A DNA stretch of 64,000 nucleotides from Candidatus Omnitrophota bacterium (GTDB taxonomy: Bacteria > Omnitrophota > Gorgyraeia > Zapsychrales > Zapsychraceae), in assembly GCA_021108075.1 (NCBI GenBank), contig JAIORP010000090.1, forward strand, positions 79,828 through 143,827, written 5' to 3'. Shown one piece after another: positions 17,796-27,759 of this stretch. The position numbers were made by a program, and so were the translations under genes. The notes beneath the pieces are model-generated. The model was given only the letters and a program-made list of their open reading frames with translations. It did not search any database and was not told the origin of the DNA. Each line of letters opens with the position of its first letter. The first letter of the stretch is position 1.

Positions 17796-18254
17796 ATGAA
17801 AAAAATTTATATTTGTTTTCTTTTTTGTTGTTTTTTTATTCCGGGACTAATGATGGCGGTTCCACAACAAGCGTTTGCTGTGGATGAAGAAAACACGAGC
17901 CAAACGGTTCAATCGCAAAGTAATAATGGCAGTAGAAGGCAGCAAGCGATGGAAATTCGACGTATGCGGCAAGAAACTGCTGCGCGCGCGCGTGAAGTCT
18001 CCCAGCGCGTTAGAGATTCCGTCCGACGAACAAAAGAATCCATTCGTGCCATTAAAGAACGGTTGAATAATACGGGCGCTGATTATTCGATGTCTAATAA
18101 GGAACGCATGCGCGCGATTCGCGAAACGATTGAACGCAATAAAATTCAACAGAAGCTGAATAGGCAGATGCAGAAAGATCGTATGCGCATGATTAGGGAT
18201 CAGACCGAGTCATTGCAGCAAAAGCTTAGAGATAACGCAAACAGAAATAAATAA
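17796..18254 (+). CDS. Secreted Arg/Gln/Met-rich coiled-coil protein (paralog 1)
   Basis: Signal peptide MKKIYICFLFCCFFIPGLMMA followed by a repetitive R/Q/E/M-rich helical region ending ...QQKLRDNANRNK. Confidence 0.5.
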   Translation: MKKIYICFLFCCFFIPGLMMAVPQQAFAVDEENTSQTVQSQSNNGSRRQQAMEIRRMRQETAARAREVSQRVRDSVRRTKESIRAIKERLNNTGADYSMSNKERMRAIRETIERNKIQQKLNRQMQKDRMRMIRDQTESLQQKLRDNANRNK

Positions 18255-18320
18255 TCTCGACGATACTTTAATGGATATATTATCCATGTTGAGGTGTTTT
18301 TGTCTTTTTTGTGGGAGGAT

Positions 18321-18767
18321 ATGATGACCGCGATCAGAATTGTTTTTACCATTATAATTTTTTTAGGATGCTTTGTTTTTGTTTGTCTGGTTGAGGCCGG
18401 TAGTTTAGATTCTTTTCATATGGATTTGGTTATTGAGCGAACGAAGGATTCGATCCGCATCCAAAAGGATCTTGCGATCAGTCGCAAGAAGGATAATGAA
18501 ATTGTTCGGGGCCAGGATATCAAGCAATCCGTAAAAGACACCATGACGCGGAAGAAAGAAGCGATAAGGACGATGCAATCCCACATGTCCAATGGAGCAA
18601 AGCAGTTTAATGACATCGCGCGTACGCGAATGATGATGATGAAAGAGACAATGAGACAAACTGCTGTTCAACAGGATTTAAATCGTCGTCAACAACAAGA
18701 CCGTCTGCGCCAAATTAAAGAACAGACAACGGCTCTCAAGCAACGCCTTAAAGATAATTCAAGATAA
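18321..18767 (+). CDS. Secreted Arg/Gln/Met-rich coiled-coil protein (paralog 2)
   Basis: Same architecture as the ORF at 17796 and a similar C-terminus (...LKQRLKDNSR). Confidence 0.5.
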   Translation: MMTAIRIVFTIIIFLGCFVFVCLVEAGSLDSFHMDLVIERTKDSIRIQKDLAISRKKDNEIVRGQDIKQSVKDTMTRKKEAIRTMQSHMSNGAKQFNDIARTRMMMMKETMRQTAVQQDLNRRQQQDRLRQIKEQTTALKQRLKDNSR

Positions 18768-19034
18768 TTTTACAGCAAATATTTATCGATGTGTCAGATG
18801 GATTAATCGTGGGTTCTTATCTGGACATTGATCCCTCTAAATAGCGTCTATTTCCTGTCGTAACAGCTAAACGGAAATGGGCGTCTCTTAACTTTTCCCC
18901 TTTTGAATAGTATTTGATTGAATATTTTTTGATGGTATAATATCCTGTCTTATTTGAGTTTTTTTTGAATAAATAAAAAGTGTTCTGGTGTAATGTTTCT
19001 GAAGTAATCGAATTTTATTAAAGTGAGGATATAT

Positions 19035-20072
19035 ATGTCTTGGAACTTTCAGCAAATACAAGTGGATGTTCAAAATGATGCCGATAATGTTGCTTCTAGT
19101 CATGAATTAGAGGCCTTTCGAATCAAATATTTAGGGAAAAAGGGACTTATTCCTAAAATTTATGCGTCGATGGGAATTTTGTCGAAAGAGGAAAGACCCC
19201 TCGTCGGCAAAAATGCAAATGATTTGCGGAATCACATCAGTCAAATTCTGGAAGGAAAAAAACAGGAAATAAAACAAAAAGAAAAGCTCAGCACCCGGGA
19301 AGATTTAGATGTGACCATTCCAGGGGCACGTGCAAACCTCGGACATCGGCATATATTGACGCAAACCATTGAATCAATTTGCCAAATATTTGTACAGATG
19401 GGATTTGTCATTCAAGAAGGACCGGAAATTGAGACGGAATTCAACAATTTTGAAGCATTAAATATTCCGATTGATCATCCCTCGCGAGATGCTTTTGACA
19501 CGTTTTATCTTGAAACACCCGACCCCCAGCAAAAAGAGCGCTATTTATTGTTGCGAAGCCAAACATCTCCTGGTCAGATCCGTACTATGCAGCAATATGA
19601 TCCGCCGTTTGCTGTTGTTATTCCTGGAAAAGTCTACCGGCCTGATGCTGTTGACGCAAGCCATTCTTTTATGTTCCATCAAATTGAAGGATTATATGTT
19701 GCCAGAGATGTTAAGATGTCAGATTTAAAGGGATTATTGACCGTGTTCTGTAAGAAATTTTTTGGTAATGATATCAAAATGCGTTTTCGCCCGCATTTTT
19801 TTCCTTTTACCGAACCGTCGGCCGAGGTTGATATTTCTTGCTATATTTGCGGTGGAAAGGGATGTTCGGTCTGTGGTCGCAAGGGCTGGTTAGAAATTAT
19901 GGGGTGTGGCATGGTTCATCCTTGTGTTTTTGAAGCTGTTAATTATCCCAAGGGAAAATATACCGGGCTGGCTTTTGGTTTAGGCGTGGAGCGTATCGCC
20001 ATGCTTAAACATGGTATTCATGATATCCGGATTTTTTATGAGAATGATAATCGGTTTTTAAATCAATTTTAG
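19035..20072 (+). CDS. pheS: Phenylalanine--tRNA ligase alpha subunit
   Basis: Class II motifs (FFPFTEPSAEVD, GLGVERIAM). Start chosen at the ATG after the GTGAGGA SD. Confidence 0.9.
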   Translation: MSWNFQQIQVDVQNDADNVASSHELEAFRIKYLGKKGLIPKIYASMGILSKEERPLVGKNANDLRNHISQILEGKKQEIKQKEKLSTREDLDVTIPGARANLGHRHILTQTIESICQIFVQMGFVIQEGPEIETEFNNFEALNIPIDHPSRDAFDTFYLETPDPQQKERYLLLRSQTSPGQIRTMQQYDPPFAVVIPGKVYRPDAVDASHSFMFHQIEGLYVARDVKMSDLKGLLTVFCKKFFGNDIKMRFRPHFFPFTEPSAEVDISCYICGGKGCSVCGRKGWLEIMGCGMVHPCVFEAVNYPKGKYTGLAFGLGVERIAMLKHGIHDIRIFYENDNRFLNQF

Positions 20073-20115
20073 CTTTTGGGGAAGACGATTAATATCTTTA
20101 ATGAGGACTGAATAA

Positions 20116-22164
20116 ATGAAAATAAGCATTAAATGGTTAAACGATTATGTTGATGTCAATGTTCCGATAGAGACCTTATCGCAACGGTTGACAATGGCGG
20201 GATTAGAAGTTGAGAAAATAGAAAAGGTTGGAGGAGATACGGTCTTTGAATTGGAGATCACGCCTAATCGCCCTGACTGTTTGAACATGTTGGGTCTTGC
20301 GCGCGAAACAAGTGCGATTTTGAATGTGTCTTTTAATCCGCCTAAAATTAATCCGGTGGCTTATCCTAAGAAAAAATGTGACATTACGATCGACGACAAT
20401 GAGGGCTGTTTAGGCTATATCGGCGCTCTGGTTGAGAATGTGAACATTGGCAAGACGCCCAAAGATATGCTAGCGCGGTTAAACGCGTTAGGATTACGCT
20501 CCATTAACAATATTGTCGATATAACAAATTTTGTTTTGCTGGAAACAGGGCAGCCTCTGCATGCCTTTGATTATGATAAGCTTGCCGGAGGAAAGATTGT
20601 CGTTCGCCGGGCAAGCAAGGGAGAAAAGATCGTCACGATTGATGACGTTGAACGGGAGTTGGATCCTTCGATCCTGGTGATTGCGGATGCCGAAAGGCCC
20701 GTTGCGATTGCTGGGGTCATGGGTGGAAAAGAGACAGAGGTCACGGCGTCAACAAAGAACATCTTACTGGAGAGCGCTTATTTCGATCCCATATTAATCC
20801 GGCGCGCGTCTCGCAAATTGGGATTATCAACGGATTCATCCTATCGATTTGAACGCGGAGTGGATAAAGAAATGGTTGATACGGGGTCTGTGCGGGCTTT
20901 AGGCCTCATCTTAGAGTTAGCTCAAGGCGCTGTGTTAGCGCGCTCGATGACAGGAGCATTAAAGACGAAGAAAAGTTTGAAAAAAATTTTGATCAGTCTT
21001 GATGAAATTAATCATCACATCGGGGCAAAGTTGAATACAGCGAAGTGCCGGACAATATTAAAAAAATTAGGATTTTCTGTCCAGTCTGACGACCGCAACC
21101 ATTTTAAAATTCAGCCGCCGCCTTTTCGGGAAGATATAAAAGGAAAACCTGATATCGTCGAGGAAATCATCCGAATCATCGGATACGACAATTTGCCTTT
21201 AACAGTTCCGTCCATCATTATGTCAAATATTTCTGTGGATCCGCGTAGGGGGAAGCGCGATAAGATAGCGCGTAATCTTTGTTCCCAGGGGTTAAATGAG
21301 GTTATCACGTATACAATGATCAACCAGGCCGAGCTTGATCGGGCCAGGCAGCACCATCTGGCCGGACAAAAAATACAAAATCCATTGACGCAAGATTATG
21401 AAATGATGAGGCCGACATTATTGCCGAGCTTGTTATCGATATTAAGAAACAATATCAATAAAGGCCAAAAGAATGTTCAGTTTTTTGAATTGGGAAAAAT
21501 ATATTTACCAAAGAAAGAACAAGAAACCCTGGGAATTTTACTGTCAGGCATTAAATCCATCGATTGGCGGGACGAAAAGCCACAAGTCATTGATTATTAC
21601 GACTTGAAAGGGATTATTGAGAACATGTTTCTGGATTATCACCTCGATCTTAAAGAGGTATCCTTTGAAATAAGCGACGAAGAATATTTTTGTGTTGGTC
21701 AAAGAGCAAATATTATTTTAAAGAATAAAAGGATAGGGGTTTTAGGTCAAATAGACGAAGATATTTTAACGGATTTCGGTATAAAAAGGACACAGGCTTT
21801 TTTTGCTCAAATTGATTTGGAAACGGTTTATCGGTATAAGACAGAATGCGTGCATTTCATTCCTTTGCCAGAGTATCCGTCGGTACAGCGTGACATCAGC
21901 CTTGCGGTTAAAAAAGACCTGTCCGCAGGAAAGATTATGCGAACATTGCGAGAGTGGGGCAAGACTTTAGACGGCATGGAAATAGTTTCCATGCGTTTTA
22001 TCGAAAAGTATGAAGGTGAGAAAATAGCGAATGATTGTCGCGGGTATGTTTTTTCTTTGCAGTACCAATCAAAAAAACAGACATTGCGCGATGACGACGT
22101 TTCGTGCGCGCATAAAAAACTTTGTGAAAAATTAGTTGAACATTTGAGTGTTATCATTCGATAG
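20116..22164 (+). CDS. pheT: Phenylalanine--tRNA ligase beta subunit (short form, 682 aa)
   Basis: Begins at the B3/B4 region, with B5 and FDX-ACB-like domains. It has no long N-terminal tRNA-binding extension. Confidence 0.9.
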   Translation: MKISIKWLNDYVDVNVPIETLSQRLTMAGLEVEKIEKVGGDTVFELEITPNRPDCLNMLGLARETSAILNVSFNPPKINPVAYPKKKCDITIDDNEGCLGYIGALVENVNIGKTPKDMLARLNALGLRSINNIVDITNFVLLETGQPLHAFDYDKLAGGKIVVRRASKGEKIVTIDDVERELDPSILVIADAERPVAIAGVMGGKETEVTASTKNILLESAYFDPILIRRASRKLGLSTDSSYRFERGVDKEMVDTGSVRALGLILELAQGAVLARSMTGALKTKKSLKKILISLDEINHHIGAKLNTAKCRTILKKLGFSVQSDDRNHFKIQPPPFREDIKGKPDIVEEIIRIIGYDNLPLTVPSIIMSNISVDPRRGKRDKIARNLCSQGLNEVITYTMINQAELDRARQHHLAGQKIQNPLTQDYEMMRPTLLPSLLSILRNNINKGQKNVQFFELGKIYLPKKEQETLGILLSGIKSIDWRDEKPQVIDYYDLKGIIENMFLDYHLDLKEVSFEISDEEYFCVGQRANIILKNKRIGVLGQIDEDILTDFGIKRTQAFFAQIDLETVYRYKTECVHFIPLPEYPSVQRDISLAVKKDLSAGKIMRTLREWGKTLDGMEIVSMRFIEKYEGEKIANDCRGYVFSLQYQSKKQTLRDDDVSCAHKKLCEKLVEHLSVIIR

Positions 22165-22396
22165 GTTGACCCAATTTTATTGATTTATTAATTTTATATT
22201 AGCTGCTAAAATAATATTCCCTGCTGTGCGCGTTAGGGTGCATACATATAGAACCAATACTCTATAAAGGGCGCTAAACTTCTCTGGTATCCGTGGATAG
22301 CTGAGAGAGGTGCCCACGTGGTGACAACGGTTCACCATATTGTGTATCCGACGGCATAAGCGGGGAATTTTTTTATTTAACCATAATATTAAACTG

Positions 22397-22440
22397 TTAC
22401 CAAATCCATTAAATGGGACAATTATTTAATGGATTTGGCA
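22397..22440. repeat. Minimal palindromic unit of the repeat family, copy e (TIRs back-to-back)
   Basis: ACCAAATCCATTAAAT gggaca ATTATTTAATGGATTTGG. Confidence 0.5.
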
Positions 22441-22494
22441 GGAATCGGTCCGTTATGATCGTTGTGTTGATTTTGGATTATAGTCATTTCGCCC

Positions 22495-23862
22495 GTGGAG
22501 AACAAAATGAAATCGCATCATAGAACAAAGATGTCTGACCCGGATGTTTTCTTTGAAGAAGATAAAGATGAATTATTATTAAAGGACGCTCCTCTCAGTG
22601 CCCGTATGCGTCCGAAACATTTAAATGATTATGTCGGTCAGACGCATATTGTCGGCCCGGGAAAATTATTAACAAGGGCCATTGATTCCGACCGTCTGAG
22701 TTCCCTGATTTTGTATGGTCCTCCGGGCGTCGGTAAGACAACGCTTGCCCGCTGTATCTGCAATCAAACAGAAGCCCATTTTGAGAGGATTAACGCCGTT
22801 TCTTCCAATGTCGAGGAAATGCGCAAAATTATAAAAGGGGCTCAGAATCGTCGATTAACGACCGGTCGAAAAACGATTTTATTTATTGATGAAATCCATC
22901 GGTTTAATAAAGCTCAGCAAGATGTTTTGATGCCGGACTTAGAAGAAGGCAATCTTGTGCTTATTGGCGCTACGGTTTTTAATCCATTTTTCGCGTTGAC
23001 CAGCCCGTTGTTATCACGCTCACTTGTTTTTGAACTGCAGTCTTTATCCCTGGATGATATCAAAATTATCTTAGAACGGGCATTAAAAGACGAACAAAAA
23101 GGCTTGGGGTATTTGAACATACGACACGATATGGAAGCGTTGGATTTTTTGGCAGAAGCCAGTGACGGAGATGGCCGGCGCGCTTTAAATGCCTTAGAAA
23201 TCGGTTGCTTGACAACACCGCGCAATGAAAAAGGCGAAATTTGCTTTACGATAAAAGTTGCTCAAGAGTCGATTCAGAAAAAGCAGGTCATTTATGACCA
23301 AAAAGGGACTGCGCATTATGATACAGCCTCGGCGTTTATTAAATCCATGCGCGGATCTGATCCCGATGCCACGTTGTATTGGTTAGCTAAAATGATTTAT
23401 GCCGGAGAGGATCCTCGATTTATTGCTAGGCGGATATGTATTTGTTCCGCAGAGGATGTTGGGAATGCTGCCCCGCAGGCCTTGGTTTTAGCCAATGCCG
23501 CTCTTCAGGTGTCAGAATTTATTGGTTTTCCAGAGGCCCGTATTCCATTAGCCCAGGCCGCTGTTTATATTGCTTGTGCGCCAAAATCGAATGCGGCTTA
23601 TATGGGCATTGAAAAGGCTTTAAGTGATGTGAAAAATCGGCGCATTCAAGAGGTTCCCACTCATTTACGGGATCCGCATTCTGTTGCGAAAAAAACAGGC
23701 CAGGCCGCGAACTACAAATATGCTCACGATTTTAAAAAACATTATGTTGAGCAAGATTATATGCCTATGGATGTGCACTATTACCATCCCACGGAGATGG
23801 GATATGAAAAAAAAATAAAGATTTGGCTAGAAGATCTGAAAAAAAGAGAAAAAAGTGGCTAG
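22495..23862 (+). CDS. rarA: Replication-associated recombination protein A (AAA+ ATPase RarA/MgsA)
   Basis: Walker A GPPGVGKTT and MgsA C-terminal domains. Confidence 0.85.
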   Translation: MENKMKSHHRTKMSDPDVFFEEDKDELLLKDAPLSARMRPKHLNDYVGQTHIVGPGKLLTRAIDSDRLSSLILYGPPGVGKTTLARCICNQTEAHFERINAVSSNVEEMRKIIKGAQNRRLTTGRKTILFIDEIHRFNKAQQDVLMPDLEEGNLVLIGATVFNPFFALTSPLLSRSLVFELQSLSLDDIKIILERALKDEQKGLGYLNIRHDMEALDFLAEASDGDGRRALNALEIGCLTTPRNEKGEICFTIKVAQESIQKKQVIYDQKGTAHYDTASAFIKSMRGSDPDATLYWLAKMIYAGEDPRFIARRICICSAEDVGNAAPQALVLANAALQVSEFIGFPEARIPLAQAAVYIACAPKSNAAYMGIEKALSDVKNRRIQEVPTHLRDPHSVAKKTGQAANYKYAHDFKKHYVEQDYMPMDVHYYHPTEMGYEKKIKIWLEDLKKREKSG

Positions 23863-23986
23863 ATGGGGTAATCCGGGCATCAATGAATATTTATAACTTA
23901 TTAATAAAAATAGAGTTGTATCTTTTTATTAATAATGTTAAAATAATCAATTAAAATATTAATATACTATAATATAAAATACGTCT

Positions 23987-24547
23987 GTGAATGCTGCTAC
24001 AAATAAAAAACAATTAAGAGAAAGGATATTGCGGCTTTTAAGGGAGCAACATAGCGATCACCAATTCGCTAAGAATTTACATATTTGTCATAAATTTTTC
24101 ATTTTAAAGGAAATACAAGAAGCAAGAACAATTATGTTTTATGCCTCTTTTGATGGAGAAGTCGATACGTTTGAAATGATGAAACAAGCCATACAATTAG
24201 GAAAAAAGATTGCCCTACCCAGAATAGTTCGGGACAGGAATTTGATGGTCCCAGCTTTAGTTCCGTTATTAAACAAATTAGAAAATGGTCCGTTTGGAAT
24301 TAAACAACCACATCGAGATGATCCTTCCATTGCGTTAGATGGTTTGGATGCTGTTGTTGTTCCGGGTGTTGTTTTTGATCGCCACAATAACCGTCTCGGA
24401 CGGGGTGGTGGTTATTATGATCGTTTTATGCAATCCTTACCCTCTTGTATTCCCACAATAGGCTTAGCTTTTGATTTTCAAATCGTTGATCAGATCCCTT
24501 CGTTAGAGGCCCACGATATTCCCGTGTCCGTTGTTCTTGCAAATTAA
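23987..24547 (+). CDS. 5-formyltetrahydrofolate cyclo-ligase
   Basis: Signature GRGGGYYDRF. The protein is 186 aa. Confidence 0.8.
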   Translation: MNAATNKKQLRERILRLLREQHSDHQFAKNLHICHKFFILKEIQEARTIMFYASFDGEVDTFEMMKQAIQLGKKIALPRIVRDRNLMVPALVPLLNKLENGPFGIKQPHRDDPSIALDGLDAVVVPGVVFDRHNNRLGRGGGYYDRFMQSLPSCIPTIGLAFDFQIVDQIPSLEAHDIPVSVVLAN

Positions 24548-24772
24548 TTTAAAGATTTTTTATCTGAAAGTTAGACATGTTTATTAATTAGGAGGCCAAC
24601 GACAGTTGCGAACTGTTTGTTGGAAGCCTTAGGGTACCTGTAAATGCTTTTTGGGGCGGATAAGTCGGTTTCGAATCATTATTAACAAAATAGCAACTAG
24701 CTCGGTCTTTACTGTCGGAACTGGAAAGGTAAAGACATTCGATAGGTTCATTTAAAGAGAGGAGCATATTAT

Positions 24773-26350
24773 ATGTTGGAAGAAATGGGAATATATAAAC
24801 AAAGTGTCGCTTTGTCTATTTTTGCAATGGTTATCTTTTTTGCCGGGTATCTTTTGAGATATGTGTTTGCCAATAGAAAATTAAGAGAGGCGGAACAAAA
24901 ATCCAAGGATTTGATCGAGAACGCCAAAAAAGAGGCGGAGAATCGCAAGAAAGAAGTTGAATTGCATGGCAAAGATTTAATAATTAAGCTTCGACAGGAC
25001 TTTGAGAAGGAAACAAAGGATCGTAGAGAAGAAATTACTCAAACGGAAAAAAGAATTCTTCAAAAGGAAGAAAACCTGGATAAAAGGGTCGATCTTTTGG
25101 AGCGGAAAGAAAGAGATATCAATAATCGTTTAGGCTTGTTGCAGGAAAATGAGAAAAAGACAAAGTCTCTAAATGAGCAATATGAAAATTTAATTAAAGA
25201 AGAAAAAGAGCGTTTACAGAAGATTTCTTCGATGACGGAAGAAGAAGCCAAGAATTTGCTTTTAAAACGTCTGGATGAAGAAATTTTACATGAAAAAGCA
25301 ACACGTATACGAAAAATGGAAGATGAGATCCGGGATAATGCTGACAAAAAAGCCCGCTATATTATCAGCAGCGCGATCCAACGATGTGCGTCAGAGCATA
25401 CCGCGGCATCAACGGTTTCTGTCGTCATGCTCCCCAGCGATGAAATGAAGGGACGCATTATTGGACGTGAAGGCCGCAACATCCGCGCCCTTGAAGCAGC
25501 AGCAGGCGTCGATATTATCATTGATGATACTCCGGAAGCGGTAACAATATCTGGATTTGATATGTATCGCAGGGAAATCGCTAAGATAGCCTTAGAGACC
25601 CTGATCGCAGATGGACGCATCCACCCAGGCCGCATTGAAGAAGTCGTCGAGAAGGCTAAAAAAGAGATGGATAATATCATCAAAGAAGAAGGTGAGAAAG
25701 TTGCTTTTGATTTGGGTATCCATGAGATGCATTCCGAGTTGCTTAAATTGGTCGGAAAATTAAAGTTTAGAACAAGCTATGGTCAAAATGCTTTGCAACA
25801 CACAAAAGAAGTCGCAATGTTAATGGGTTCAATGGGATCGACGATTGGACTCAATCCCAAAATTGCCATGCGAGCTGGACTTTTGCATGATATCGGAAAG
25901 GTTGTGAGCCAAGACGTGGAAGAAGGGACACATGCGATTGTCGGCGGTAACTTGGCGCGTAAATATGGAGAACTGGAAGAAATCGCTAATGCGATTGAAT
26001 CGCATCATGAGGAAGTGGAAATGCAGACCGTCTATGGAACTCTCGTGTGCGCGGCGGATGCTATCAGTGCGGCCAGACCCGGAGCCCGGGCGGAAACATT
26101 AGAAACATATGTCAAGCGATTGGAAAGCCTGGAAAAGATAGCTAATTCTTTCAAGGGTATTAATAAATCATATGCCTTGCAAGCAGGGCGGGAAATTCGG
26201 ATTATTGTTGATCCAGAAAAAATTAATGATGATGAAGCCATTGTTATGGCGCGTGATATTCGTAAAAAGATTGAGGAAGAAATGGAGTATCCAGGACAAG
26301 TGAAGGTTATTGTCATTCGGGAAAAACGCGCTGTTGAATATGCTAAATAA
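24773..26350 (+). CDS. rny: Ribonuclease Y
   Basis: N-terminal TM, coiled-coil, KH domain ([22 protein letters not shown]) and HD domain (LLHDIGK). Confidence 0.9.
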   Translation: MLEEMGIYKQSVALSIFAMVIFFAGYLLRYVFANRKLREAEQKSKDLIENAKKEAENRKKEVELHGKDLIIKLRQDFEKETKDRREEITQTEKRILQKEENLDKRVDLLERKERDINNRLGLLQENEKKTKSLNEQYENLIKEEKERLQKISSMTEEEAKNLLLKRLDEEILHEKATRIRKMEDEIRDNADKKARYIISSAIQRCASEHTAASTVSVVMLPSDEMKGRIIGREGRNIRALEAAAGVDIIIDDTPEAVTISGFDMYRREIAKIALETLIADGRIHPGRIEEVVEKAKKEMDNIIKEEGEKVAFDLGIHEMHSELLKLVGKLKFRTSYGQNALQHTKEVAMLMGSMGSTIGLNPKIAMRAGLLHDIGKVVSQDVEEGTHAIVGGNLARKYGELEEIANAIESHHEEVEMQTVYGTLVCAADAISAARPGARAETLETYVKRLESLEKIANSFKGINKSYALQAGREIRIIVDPEKINDDEAIVMARDIRKKIEEEMEYPGQVKVIVIREKRAVEYAK

Positions 26351-26388
26351 TTTTTCAGGGTTAATATGGGACGAGCAGTCAAATAAAT

Positions 26389-27207
26389 ATGAAAATTCTA
26401 TGTATCGGCGATATTGTTGGAAAACCGGGGCGGCTGGCATTGAATGCCCTGTTAGAAAAATTGATTGAACAACATCAAATTGACTTTGTTATTGCTAATG
26501 GTGAAAATACTGCCGGTGGTTCCGGCATCACTGCGCGTCTTGCGAAATACCTTTTTCGATGTGGATGTGATGTCATTACCCTGGGGGATCACGTTTGGGA
26601 CCAAAAAGAAATAGAAGTGCATTTAGATCAAATTCCCGCTTTATTACGGCCGGCGAACCTTCCTCCCAATAATCCCGGAAACGGATGGTGTATCGTTGCG
26701 GCTAAGAATGGAACAAAAGTTGCGGTTATCAACTTGCTTGGCCGAGTTTTTATGCGTTATCATGTTCCCTGCCCCTTCTATAAGCTTGATGAAATTTTAG
26801 AAAAGATTAAAGATCAGGCGGATATCATTATTGTTGATTTTCACGCTGAAACAACAAGTGAAAAGGTTGCCTTAGGGCATTATGCTGATGGGCGTGTTTC
26901 AGCTGTTGTGGGCACACACACGCATATTCAGACAGCGGATCATCATGTTTTAGCGAAGGGGACCGCGTATATCACCGATTTAGGAATGACAGGCCCTCAC
27001 GACTCCGTTATAGGGCAGAATAAAAAAAATATTATTGAACGATTTAAGACCTGCCACCCCGTTCGTTTTTGTGTCGCTCAGGAGGACATTAACATCTCTG
27101 GTGCGCTGATTCAGGTTGATGAATCAACTGGCAAGGCAGATAACATAGAATTATTTAAGCAGCACTATATGCCGGATCGTTCAGAAAAAGAAGCTGCGCA
27201 TGAATAA
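26389..27207 (+). CDS. ymdB: YmdB-like metallophosphoesterase (2',3'-cyclic-nucleotide phosphodiesterase family)
   Basis: Signature MKILCIGDIVGKPGR...ANGEN. The rny-ymdB pairing is conserved. Confidence 0.8.
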   Translation: MKILCIGDIVGKPGRLALNALLEKLIEQHQIDFVIANGENTAGGSGITARLAKYLFRCGCDVITLGDHVWDQKEIEVHLDQIPALLRPANLPPNNPGNGWCIVAAKNGTKVAVINLLGRVFMRYHVPCPFYKLDEILEKIKDQADIIIVDFHAETTSEKVALGHYADGRVSAVVGTHTHIQTADHHVLAKGTAYITDLGMTGPHDSVIGQNKKNIIERFKTCHPVRFCVAQEDINISGALIQVDESTGKADNIELFKQHYMPDRSEKEAAHE

Positions 27208-27330
27208 ACGATATTTAACTTGTTATAGGCTTTATTCTATATTATAATTTTTTTGATTTATTGTATGTTTTGGTTTGAATAATAGTCGTCATTATATAGA
27301 AATATTACCAGTTATGAAGGAGGATTCGCT

Positions 27331-27720
27331 ATGTCTAGCTGGGAAGGCTGTGATAGAAGAAGATTTGTCCGGGTTAATTATCCCTGCCTCGTTGTTTTAA
27401 AGAAGGCGGCTGACAAAAAAAATATTATTTTAACGCATACTGAGAATATTGGCGTTGGTGGAATTTGTGTGATCTTAAAACAGGATCTAAAAAAATTCGC
27501 GTCAGTTGACCTCGAAATTGATTTAATGGACATGGACCAGCATATTCAGTGCACAGGCAAGATTGTCTGGAATGTCAGGCGCCGGGAGTTAGAAGACAAG
27601 AAACCATCCTATTTTGATATTGGTATTGAATTTGATGATGTTAATGATCAGGACAAAAAACGATTACGACGAGTTGTTGATAAGCTTGTCCGAAACACAA
27701 AAGAACGCCCCAAGTTATAA
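27331..27720 (+). CDS. PilZ domain protein (putative c-di-GMP receptor)
   Basis: RRRFVR (RxxxR) and NIGVGGICV (D/NxSxxG) motifs. Confidence 0.55.
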   Translation: MSSWEGCDRRRFVRVNYPCLVVLKKAADKKNIILTHTENIGVGGICVILKQDLKKFASVDLEIDLMDMDQHIQCTGKIVWNVRRRELEDKKPSYFDIGIEFDDVNDQDKKRLRRVVDKLVRNTKERPKL

Positions 27721-27759
27721 CCCCCTCAATTTTTTTTATAATCATTATAAGGATACAAT

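Noticed and set aside
22200-22385. Identification of the post-pheT segment as SRP RNA, 6S RNA or RNase P RNA
   Set aside because: None of the diagnostic motifs are visible. Examples are the SRP domain IV GGAAGCAGCC-type motif, the RNase P GGAAAGTCCGG motif, or the 6S central bubble architecture at about 180 nt.
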